DNA from: Nemertoderma westbladi
Taxonomy: Eukaryota; Animalia; Xenacoelomorpha
Assembly: GCA_032718475.1 (NCBI GenBank)
Contig: JAUCBJ010004981.1
Span: forward strand, 1 to 36,450
Length of the DNA stretch: 36,450 nt
Direction of reading: 5' to 3'
Each line of letters starts with the position of its first letter. Position 1 is the stretch's first letter. Below the pieces are notes generated by a model. The model saw nothing but the letters and a program-made list of their open reading frames with translations, did no database searches and was not told where the DNA came from. The translations under genes and the position numbers were made by a program. Shown in pieces: positions 12,383 through 22,940 of the stretch.

Positions 12383-12497
12383 TGTAGGTCAGTAGGCCCA
12401 ACTGCCAGAACCGGTACTGCCGTAGGTCCGTAGGTCCAACTGCCAGAACCGGTAATTCTGTAGGTCCGTAGGCCTAACTGTCCTAACCGGTACTTCC
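12383..12497. repeat. 38-bp tandem repeat, 3 copies, in the LTR-element leader
   Basis: Unit approximately YGTAGGTCCGTAGGYCCAACTGCCAGAACCGGTA(N5), starting at 12383, 12421 and 12459. Confidence 0.9.
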
Positions 12498-12676
12498 CGT
12501 ATAAGTACATTAGTATTATTCGATTTTGATAGTTATATACCGGTAGGCCTTAATAATTAATCAGGGACTGCAGCCCTGGTTTTTTATTGAGATTTTTACT
12601 TATTTCTGTCAAGTTTTATTTGTTTGTAGGCCAGTATTGAACAGAAGGCGTGTAAGCCTGATCAGATTGTACAGAC

Positions 12677-13240
12677 AATTTGTAGGCTGAGCTGTTGTCT
12701 GATTGCTGTTAAGTCTGAACGGATTGCAGTGTGTGTAGATCATCTGTCCGATTAAGTACGGTTAGGAAGTAGGGGCAGCGAATGCTGTAAGGTAAACCCC
12801 CAACTAAAGAATAAGTCGTACTACTGGGTTAGAACGCATACTCCCTAATCATTTCGGAGTCTGCATGTCCTGTAGTTTATTTAGGCTTGAGAGTAGTCTG
12901 CCATCGTTTAGTCTGTACTTTGTTTGTGTAAGTCTGTACGGGTAGCGTATAATTTTATTTAGATAATTTGTAGGCTGGATAGTTGTCTGGCTGTTATTAG
13001 GCCTGAGCGGATTGCAGCGTGTGTAGATCACTTGTCCGATAAAGAACGGTTAGGAAGTAGGGGCAGCGAATGCTGTAAGGTAAACCCCCAATTAAAGAAT
13101 AAGTCGTACTACTGGGTTAGAACGCATACTACCTAATTATTTCGGAGTCTGCATATACCGTAGTTTGTTTAGGCTTGATAGTAGTCTGTCAGTGTTCGGT
13201 CTGCATTTTGTTTGAGTAGTTTGTACGCGTAGCGTAATAT
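12677..13240 (+). ncRNA. Tandem pair (period about 288 nt) of a structured cis-RNA module: long G.U-rich stem topped by a near-invariant core
   Basis: Units start at 12677 and 12965. Stems of 12, 29, 10, 5 and 12 bp can be drawn, and substitutions between the copies preserve pairing (see findings). Family unknown. Confidence 0.65.
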
Positions 13241-14180
13241 TTATTATTCAGAGTTTATGCGATTATTCGCAACATTCATTCCCCAAGTTTGTTCCTACAG
13301 TAATTGTGTTTGTTATACATACCGCTATAGTTAAATTAACCCCGGTACTACACGGGCTGCTTGGCGTAGGTAAAGACTGGTGATTTTGTGCATCGGTCAC
13401 TCCAGCAGATGCCGTGGTTCTTTTAGCTGTTCAAGTATATTTAACTACTGATTATCTGTTGTACAAGTACTCGTACCTAATTTAGGGTTTAGTGTACAGT
13501 GCTTTCCGAGAGTAATTAGTGTAGGCATTATATTTGTGTTGTAAAGTGGTTGATAGGCACGTTCGATTAGCTCTATTAACTTCTAGGTAGGAACACTCCG
13601 TGATACATAACGTAGAACCTATAGCGATACGGCTATAGGTCGTCAGGCGGTGGTATTTTCCTATCTAGACAACGCAGTGTATTTACTACTACTTATTATT
13701 TCAAATACCGCATTACCCTGTCCGTTGTAATAACCAGAATTCTAACCCTTTGTTAGGCTGGTTTGTAGACTTCTTGTAAAATTACCCTAAAAATTCGTAT
13801 TTTGTGTTTTGTAAATTTTTATGTTTATTTAGAGATTGTAATCTCACCCGAATTGTATGTAATTTGTAGTATTAAGTAACTTAGGTAAATTATAATTATT
13901 TGTTTTAGTGTCCTATAAGTAACACCTCACTGAAAGCGCACCGCTTTGTGTAGTGATTACTCCCCAGAAATAATAACATTTATTTCAAACATTGACTAAA
14001 CCCATTAAAACGGGTATATATATATTATAAATCAAATCTAACGATTTATAAACAGTAGGCCTACCATATAACCATTAGGTCTCAATATCAGTTGGACTAC
14101 TGCTCAAATAACGGTAATAAAGTAAGTAGAGTAACCAAGTAACCCTAAAGTTCAGAAATTCAATTATTTAAAATAATTGA

Positions 14181-14395
14181 TATACCGGTATTTATGATAG
14201 GCCTATTATCTTTATTTCTATAAATTTAGGCTGAAATTATACCGGTACTTGTAATTAATTCTAGTCCAGAATTATATATACTACAAACTGTAAGCTGTAT
14301 ACCGGTATTCCCGATAGGCCTATTATATATTTATATATATTTGTGCTAAAATTATACCGGTATTCTGTGATAAACCTAGTCTGTAATAATACTTA
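14181..14395. repeat. Degenerate tandem duplication of about 117 bp in the LTR-element leader
   Basis: TATACCGGTATT..GATAGGCCTATTAT...AAATTATACCGGTA..CTAGTC recurs at 14181 and 14298. Confidence 0.75.
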
Positions 14396-14602
14396 TCAAG
14401 CATCTTTATCATTATCATTATCTCTTTATCATCCTTATCATTAGCAATTATCTTAAGCATACCGGTATTTAATATATTATATATATCACGCTACACTGAG
14501 TAGCAGTATCGGTAATTAATTACTAGGCTAGCAGTTAATACTGAATTACTAGACTTGCTCAGACTGTAATATAGCAGTAGGCATTCAACTGTACTCACAA
14601 AT

Positions 14603-17600
14603 ATGTCTGATACTAAGCAGAACCTGTCAGACAGTCTATTAGATGTAACTATCTGCGACTCAGATAGAGGTGTAGAACCCTCTAGTCGTAAGTTCAGTTC
14701 ACCTCCCACTGTGAGGAAGGTCATCCCTCCAGTAGTAATAACAGAACCTAGGCTAGTCCAACATCGTAGGTCTATCATAGGCACCCGAGCTCAGGTCAAG
14801 CGGGACCAAGAAGCAGCGGAACAGCAACAACCCGCGAGTCAGGAGCTTGTTACTCAGCGGCCCAGCAGCTCCAGTAGTGAGGATACTGTAGAGCTGACAC
14901 CCGAGCGCGGAGCAGAGATGACGGATGCGGTTTATACGGATCCCCTTCTCATCCTTCCTGCAGCCGTACTCACTAGGTTATTGATCGCGGTGGAAGAACA
15001 CCAGATCGATTGGGCGAGAAGTCAACGACCAACTAGAGATAGTTATGCGGGATACACGAGGGAAGAATTGAAGTCTATTGTCGAGTCGCAATGGAACTTC
15101 CCCGGACCCGGACTCCCGTTTGATTTATCAGAAGCTGCCTGGGAAGACATACACCGGATGGGAGTAGCCAAGGAAACCATCGATCCAGCTGTGTGGAAGA
15201 GGTCCGCAGCCGGATACGCACAGGGATTCTTCAGCTCTATGGAGCGAGTAGAAAAACAACTGTTTAAACAACCTCAAGGACCTCAAGAGCAGGGACAGCT
15301 GCTTTATCAAGTTAGAGAAAGAGTTCTGCGGATTAGGCTAATCTTATCCGCCTTTGAGGAGGCTTCTAAAAGAAAACAAGACACGTCGTTGCAAGTTGCC
15401 GTAAAGACTTGGTTTCAACGGGTGAGTCGCCAGGTTCAAGGAGCAGCTCAGTGGAAAGCTCAGTTGGAGGAGCGCTCAACCCATGGAGAATCAACAGACG
15501 CTACTTTTTCCCAAGTGGAAAGTGAAGCGACGGCAGAGAAACCGCATAAGAAGGATGCCATTGACATCTATCTGTCAGACTATCAGCGTTTTTTAGGAGA
15601 TGACGAGTTGAGGAGAAGGCTGGAGGGACTTAGCCCTAACAGCGAAGGAGCCAAACTTGTGTTAGATGCAATTGATGTGGATAGGTTAGCGGCGAACCAA
15701 GCTAAATTCGATGAACAACTCCGCATCGCCAAGGTTCAAGAAGAACAAGTAAAGAAAAAACGTATAGAAGATAGAAAGACAGCAGCAGCGGCAGTGGCAG
15801 CGGCAGAAGCGGAAAGAAAGGCAGCAGAGGCAGCGGCAGAGGCAAAAGCGGCAGCTGCAGCAATGAAAGCGGCAGCGGCAGAAGCGGAAAGAAAGATAGC
15901 AGTGGCAGAAGCAGAACGGAGGGCATCTGAAGAGACAACCCAACTAGAGTTGGAAAATCTTCAAGAGAGGCAAGATAACTTTAATAAACAGTTAACAGCT
16001 AGTAATATGCAGATGATGAATCGATCTACTCCCAAACGACAAGGTTATACATCATCTGAGGAAGGCGATACCACCGACACTGAAGGCGGAGGAAATCGAT
16101 CCCGCCTAAGCAGACGTAAAAGAACATTCCACCGTCAGAAATTGCCTGATTTGCCTCCAGCTGTTAGAAGGCAACTAAATAACACCAACTTAGAGAGTAC
16201 AGAACCCACAGACCAAATAATTACAATAGAAAGACTCCCTACTATATTAGATGAGCCTGAAATAAGTAGGCCTGTTCTTGAAATCACCCCTTCGGTAATA
16301 GATACACCTGTGCTCCCTGAAGCTACCTATAAATTCCCTCTGCATAGCACTAAGCTACCTGTGCCCCGTAGAACTGCCCAGGAGACAGTTCAGGTCCTGG
16401 ACCCCGAGCGAAATATTCCAAATTTGTCGCCCGTTGTCCCTCGTCTGCCCGCTACGACGTTGGCGGATCCCGTTTCGGCGGTTGATTGGGTAGACGAGAG
16501 ACGGCGGGGGATGGATATTCTCCTCGGAGAGATGAAGGAGAATCGGATACGCTCCTCCCAACAGGTCCGAGAGTTGGAAGGGACTGTCCAACATTTAAAG
16601 GGAACAGTGAGAGAAAGTAAGTTAGAGTTGCAAGAAGTGCAGCAAAATATCGCGCTAGAGCGCGATAAATTAGTAAATTTACAAAAGGGTATACCACCAC
16701 CCCCTGTAACAATGTGTCAACCCGTTAGGTCTGAAGTATCTCATGCGCAAGGTGTGGAGCCTACACGCATTTATACTGCTAGCGAAGTAGAAACTCCTAT
16801 AGTGAACCCTATTAAGGGTAATTATAGACCTGTTGATAATGATATTCCATATAGAACTGATCATAATCCGAGAAATTTATATACCGATAACTCGATATTA
16901 AATAACACGATGGCCCAAGAAAGTTTTACGCGTCAAATGGCTAGAACCGAAGCCCGGCAAGCGGTGAAGGTGGGAGAGATCGTCAAGTTCAATGGAGATG
17001 AGATGAAATGGTTACCTTTTAATGAATTTTACAAAGATAACATACAGAACTCTGTACTATCTAATGGAGAGAAACTAAGATTCCTCATCGAATGTTTGGA
17101 AGGACCTCCCAAGTCAATGGCGTTAAAATTTATTGGACATCCAGATGGATTAAGACAAGTTTGGGATACACTAAACATCAGGTATGGTAATAGGACTAAC
17201 ATAGCTAGGTATTTATATGCGAAATTAATGGCGCCCTGAAAGTTTCTTAGCAGCGGGATTATAGAGTTTTCCGATGAGATTCAGGAGATCTGTAGACAAC
17301 TAGATTGGTTAGGTAAGTCTCATGAATACCAGAATTCTATGGTTGTAGGAGCCTTAGCATCTACTTTGCCCAAGGGTGGAGTAGGTACACGCTGGGACAA
17401 GAAGGTGTTATATATGATGGAACAACAACAACGAGACCCTACCATGGCTGATCTCATGTCATTCTTAGATGGAGAAGTGAAATTACAGCTCCTAAGACAG
17501 TCCAGAGAGAAGACACTGGAAAACAAGGTAAGTGAGAAACCCGTCTCCAGAAGAAAGGTAACACCAGTGTGTTATACCGACGATGGCGAAAGCCAAGCTT

Positions 17601-18559
17601 CCCAAGGGGAGGATAGCGGGAAAGACACTGAAAGATCTTATTATGTCAATAAAATGCCTAAAGATCAGGTAAGTAAATCCAAGTCTCGACCCAATGACAG
17701 AAGGGAACCGGTACAAAAAACCCTTCCTACGTCTCCTAAAAGAATTCAGGTGAGAAAGCCCGAGGAAAGAACAAGTGTGCACCACATAGCACAGGTTAAA
17801 GTAAGTAACATCAAGCCGAAATGTGTGTTGTGCGACGGGCCCCACCGTTTAAATGCGTGTGATAAATTCCTGAGGAAATCACTCGAGGATAGACGTGAAG
17901 TCATGTGGGATAAGCGGTTGTGTTATAATTGCCTCAGACGAGGACACCAACGGCGAACCTGTAACTCCGACGCAAGGTGTGCAAAGTGCGGCGCAAAACA
18001 TCATATCTTGTTGCACACGGAATTCGAACGAAACAGCCCGAGTCAGGTAAGTGAGTCCGAACTACATGTCCAATTCAGTGATGTGAACGACACTGATCAA
18101 TCTGAGATGGAAGGATTCTATACGGACGAGTTCTCCGACCAAAACGAATCCTGTTACCTAATAAACACCACCGCAGTGTATCGAGTACTCGTGCATGAGA
18201 AAGACACAGACAGCGACCTTACCTTAACTACTTCCGATCAACAACCATCTTGGAAAGCGCCAACTTCCAATATAGGAATCCGAGAATTTCCTGTAGTCCA
18301 GTTACGGGTCCACGGACCTCAGAAGAGCTATATAGTGAACGCCCTCCTGGACTCCGGTAGCACAGGAACATTCATCGATAAAGAACTAGCCGAAGTCATC
18401 TTTGCTGGACAACCCAAGTTCCGAACCAAGCTAAACATGTCAGGGATCATATTCGTGTTTATTGCGTACGTAATTACGTATATATTATATTTAGTGCGAC
18501 GGCAAGAAATAATTCTTTTCCTTCTTCCTTACTGTCCGTATTACATTACAAATACGTAA
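14603..18559 (+). CDS. gag: BEL/Pao Gag-protease reading frame with one in-frame TGA (17237-17239); protease truncated near 18447
   Basis: ORFs 14603..17239 and 17339..18559 share a frame with no other stop between them. DUF1759-like KFNGDEMKWLPF...EKLRFLIECLEG...LNIRYGN. Knuckles CVLCDGPHRLNAC, CYNCLRRGHQRRTC and CAKCGAKHHILLH. Protease VNALLDSGSTGTFI, after which the frame runs into AT-rich sequence. Confidence 0.9.
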
Positions 18560-18844
18560 CTACAGTAAGATGAAATGTCCGTACTTATTAAAGTACAATA
18601 AAGCCACTACTATATTTAAGTATTATTGGTAGGCAGAGTATTAGGAATGCAAAGTTCAGATCCTCGTGTCTCGGCTAAACCAAGCTCTGGGTAGACCTTG
18701 GAAACGACTTGCCTCTTCACACTGACATTGCTTCGTGCGATATTGCTCTCATACCGTATATTAAATAATACATATAGTAGCGTGATGTCCCTTTAACAGT
18801 AGCGTATCACGCAAAATAAATCTGTTAAACCCTTTGACCATCTG

Positions 18845-19122
18845 TAATTCTAGTCGATTAAGATATCGCGGCACCCACCGATATACTTGAAAGACAAATT
18901 CTAGAATCAGTGGTTAACGTCCCCAGACAAGTTCTGGAATAAATCGGTGCCCATCTCAAATATTAATTATTTAATATTTGCAAATCTAATAAATCAAAAT
19001 CTGTAAAATTCAGATCCTTCAGCAATTCTAGTCAATTAAGATATCGTAGCATTTACCGATATTCTTAAAAAGACAATTGTCATAGAATTAAGGATCTTGT
19101 GTCCCCAGACATATTCTAGAAT
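18845..19122 (+). repeat. Two diverged copies (about 18845-18940 and 19023-19122) of a hairpin-forming ~95-nt unit
   Basis: Both copies keep the ATTCTA/TAGAAT, GTC/GAC, TTAAG/CTTRA and ATATCG/CGATAT pairings, followed by GTCCCCAGACA. Confidence 0.7.
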
Positions 19123-19757
19123 CAAAATATGTCAACTTAATTATCAAATAATAAAATTTCAGGGAATAAATTTAAATTCATGCCTTTTAATGAATTTAAT
19201 AAATTGCCATTTTTACGCAATTTATAACATTCCCAAAATTCCATTAATTAATAGATCAAGGGAGCGGAGATTTATCTTATTATGTGTATGAGTGTGCGAA
19301 AGTCTCCCAAACATAGTCAATAGCCGATAAAATTCATAAAGTCATGTATAAAACAGAACATTGACTATTAAAGAATACTATTAAATAACATCCCAGATCT
19401 GTATGCATTGGAATTACCCTAATTCTACCGCTAGCTTTGCATAATGTCACCATAGCAACAACCACGCTAGAATTAGAATTGAGTTAAAAGAACAATAGAA
19501 AGCTTGTCCCATTGAATAGCATAGGGAATAAATAGCGCACTACTAGTATCCAAGGATACATAATAATACAGTGACATTCTGGAAGGCATTGACTAACGGA
19601 CAAATGGCCCGAATGTGTGTAGTTGTGACCAGTTGTGTGGTATTTGTGAGTTTATAGGTGAATGTTACTGCTAAAGTGTGTTTACAGTAGCTAGTCGCAA
19701 TCGTAAAAGTAACCTAACTCTCCAAGGAAAACCTGAAGTACATCTAAGCCTTTGGGA

Positions 19758-19903
19758 CGGACAGTTGAGTGACTTGTGCCGGTTGTCGTTGTCGTTGTGC
19801 GGCTACGTCGTTGGCGAAAGTACAGCGGCGACGACAAATCGGCGCTGAGGATCTCGTACTGTCCGGGGGTTGATTGGGGTAGGCAGCGACGCCCGCTCGC
19901 CTA
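19758..19903 (+). ncRNA. Long G.U-rich RNA hairpin (19758-19865) plus a small hairpin (19880-19903), upstream of the extra ORF
   Basis: CGGACAGT/ACTGTCCG outer stem. GTGCCGGTTGTCGTTGTCGTTGTGC pairs with GTACAGCGGCGACGACAAATCGGCGC using several G.U pairs, which work only on the + strand RNA. Confidence 0.6.
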
Positions 19904-19922
19904 AATATAAACTCATTATAAT

Positions 19923-21458
19923 ATGGATAAACTCATATATAGCAGATATGACGGAGTTGATAGAAGATGGTCTTGGTATCGGGGAACGATATACTCTACT
20001 TTCAAACGTTTGTTTATAGCTTGATACGCGGTGATACTAGTCCAACTACTACGAAGGATGATGGTCGTTATATCGAACCGCCAATGTCCCAAGAGCAGCT
20101 CACGCGTGAGTTGGACTATAAGAAATTCACCGCTCGCTATACGCATCGTAATGGTACGTATGTGGGCTTCTTAACTACTGGTCATCCTATCGATTTACAC
20201 GATACGGACAATGTCGACACCAAAAGGGAAATGGTACGATTGAAATATCCTTCCCAGCGGAGGCGGAACGATAAACCGAGAATGGAACACGAGAATTCTA
20301 TTCGAAACAGACTCGAAAGAGAAGACGTTGAGGAGCCGGATAAACGCAGCGACTTCAACGATTATCTGGAATTCCTGATAGAAACATATCTCAATATTGC
20401 CAGTCAACAAAATCTAGAAACTCGATATCCTCAAGGTATCACATCCCATGGTAGAACTCAAACGGCTCGATTCCCCTATGATGTATCTTACCGCCGATCG
20501 ACCGCTACCTGTTGTACCGAATAGCTTCGAACGGATGGAGGAATATTGTAAGCTGGAGAAAGATCACTCGCGTTTCCCCTACAAGACGTACGTTTTTGGG
20601 TATTATTACGGTAAATGCCCTAGACCCAGCCAATAAACGGAAAGACATAAACATCCACGGAAACGTTGTGTTAAACACAGTTGTGTTCGTTATATTTACT
20701 GGAGTTTCGAGCGAAACTTGTTTGACGTATCACCTATGCTCACTCGGCTCTAACGATCCTAGAGTAAACCTACGATCAGAGTCCCGGAATACTCGGTCAA
20801 ACCTCCTCATTCCTTAGTTGGACCTCAGACCTGCGATCCTGGTGGTGTCGCGGATCCTCGCGGACGGTATTCACTGTTCAAGATCTAGTGCTACCCTAAC
20901 AATTAATCGGTAACACTCCGACAGTGATTTCTAGCTAGCCGCCCATCTTACCTAGCCGGATTATGACGCAGACACCTAATATCACTATCCAACCGTATGG
21001 TCGTCCCGTTTAACGCAATACAACCCTTCATCAAGGTGAAGGAGAGCGTTGTACGAAACGAGTTAAACGCTATTCTATAAAGATCAAAAAAGAAACCTGC
21101 GTTTGTTCAGACAAACGTAAGTTATAACAGTAAGTCCAATCGATAAACGAATTGGCCTTATCTCAGTTCGATTGGGAAACCTCGAATCTCAAAGAAGATA
21201 TCAAGCTTAGAAAACCCTATTCTCTGCGAGAGTTTTGGACGAACGTATCCCATGACAAGCGGAGGAAAATCAGCTCGAGGAGAAGCATATCGAAATGGAC
21301 GAGACACCGACCGTAAACCCAAACCTTTTAATGCAATCATATTGCACCCTTCACCCAGGAGTTATGGCCCTCCTAGTAAAGTGGCTTCCCCCAAAGAGAA
21401 AATGACTCTTGCTAGCTTTAAAAAACTGCGTAAACGCCGTCCGCGCAAGAAAGACTAA
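19923..21458 (+). pseudogene. Probable decayed extra ORF of the LTR element (env position), product unrecognised
   Basis: Balanced base composition with overlapping + strand ORF pieces (19967..20524, 20448..20636, 20512..20817, 21252..21458). Ends KKLRKRRPRKKD* just before the PPT. No domain recognised. Confidence 0.45.
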
Positions 21459-21528
21459 CTGTTTAGAGTATTTTTATATTTTAGAAACTGTGATTTGGTA
21501 TATTTTATAGACTTAAATCCCATTTTCT

Positions 21529-21536
21529 GGGAGCGG
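21529..21536 (+). promoter_or_regulatory. Short polypurine tract (plus-strand primer)
   Basis: GGGAGCGG immediately 5' of the 3' LTR's TG. Confidence 0.6.
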
Positions 21537-22754
21537 TGTAAAAGCTTTTGTGGGATAACTGATTCGTTTGCCTTGTTGGCCAGTTCCCCCCCGGTCGCTA
21601 GAATACTCTAAAGGGGATCTATAGTTAAAATAGTGCAAGCTACCAGCTTATTGGCTGATTTGCTGTACGCAGGTATCTGGGCTCTGTTTAATCAGCCAAC
21701 CAGCCTAAGAAGGTTGCGTCATAGCCTTGTTTTGTATCTCCCAATAGAATTTGAGTTAGCCTTGATTTTGACCTATCACAGAGCTACTGAACTGAAATTT
21801 TCCTATCTCACTGCTCTTTCTCTGTGTTGAACGGGAGCTTCGTGGAATAAGGGTAGTTGGTATCCTCGTATAGAGCAGTAGTCACGAGTTTTTCAAAGCC
21901 ACGAAAGAACGGCTTTGTAGTGTTTTGTGCTTTCTGCTTTTTAGCTCAACACTAGTAGGTTTAATTATAAGGACATATATCCTTTAACTCATGGAAACTC
22001 ATGGAATCACTGATCTGTGAATACTGCTGACACACGGCTTTTAATAACTGCTGAAACTGCTAAAAATTACCTGCTCAATCAATACTGTATACTGCTATTT
22101 GTTGTCGGTTATTCATTATATTTGTTGATGAATTATTATATTGGAATAACGAGAAATAACCCCGACACCCAATATTCTTGATATACCGAAGGTAAGAGAG
22201 AAAGGTTACCAATAACGATTGTGACTTATGTTAAAGTGGTTTGAAGTGAATCTAATGTTATTTGATAGACCCTACATGAGTCAGTCTGTGTTCCTTTTAT
22301 ATGTGACTAAAATCAGTGAAGATTGGCAGATTAGTGTGCAGTATTGTGCAGCATTGTGTATGAGTGAGTCTGTTAAAGAAGCATTTCCTAAAGAATGCGC
22401 TATATATGTGAATTATAATTAAGCCATATCGTTGTGAGTAGTTTAAGTCATAACTCTGTTTATATAGATAAAGCGCCACGTCCTAAAGGAACTGTTAATA
22501 TTCCCGAAGGTGAATAATATTGTCAGAGATTATATAATACTGTCAGTCGAATAATACATTAGGCTTACATAGCAATAAAATTAAACCGTCGAACCCAATC
22601 TCCCGGGAATATCCAGCGGGTGAATGATCGCGCACAGATTGGTTTCGACTAGTGTAGTGAATCAAATACTTGTCATAGGCTAAAAAGCGATTTAATATCT
22701 AGAAGACATCTTAATTTGGCGGGTTAAACTGCCAAAGGTCTGAAAGCGCGAACA
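21537..22754 (+). repeat. 3' LTR
   Basis: 1218-bp copy of 11086-12303, followed by the TSD GCACC. Confidence 0.97.
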
Positions 22755-22940
22755 GCACCCCCCCCCCCCCCCCCCCCCCACCCCATTCCCCCCATTCCTG
22801 TCCCTCTCCGAAAATCCTTCCCACCCCTAATCCTGCTGTCTATTGTGGCTCACCCCAATAGCACTAGCTGCGCTATTTGTTGCGGTGAGTTGCTGAACCA
22901 ATTAAATTTTTTATTATTTTTTTATATACATTGTGCATGT

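Larger units (their letters stand above)
11086..22754 (+). mobile_element. BEL/Pao-derived LTR retrotransposon, non-autonomous (Gag plus partial protease only), recent insertion
   Basis: Two 1218-bp TG...CA LTRs and a 5-bp TSD GCACC (11081-11085, 22755-22759). BEL-type Gag with a triple Cys/His knuckle and a DSG protease. No RT, RNase H or integrase motifs found. Confidence 0.95.

Noticed and set aside
12720-12850. HDV-like, twister or group I intron identity for the leader RNA core (GCGAAUG, AAGAAUAAGUC)
   Set aside because: Only short motif resemblances; the required L3/P1.1 or P7 partners are absent.
12350-14470. Cluster of ACCGGT and TAGGCCTA palindromes as dimerisation or transcription-factor sites
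   Set aside because: Mostly multiplied by local tandem repeats and also present outside the element; enrichment cannot be shown without a genome background.
19810-19856. Hammerhead ribozyme (GAAA...CUGAGGA), or a SECIS recoding the Gag TGA
   Set aside because: Hammerhead stem II cannot pair. SECIS helix length and apical AAR position do not fit.
22757-22800. Poly-C tract next to the LTR insertion site (also 2170-2200)
   Set aside because: Simple homopolymer of unreliable length; a targeting role cannot be inferred from one site.
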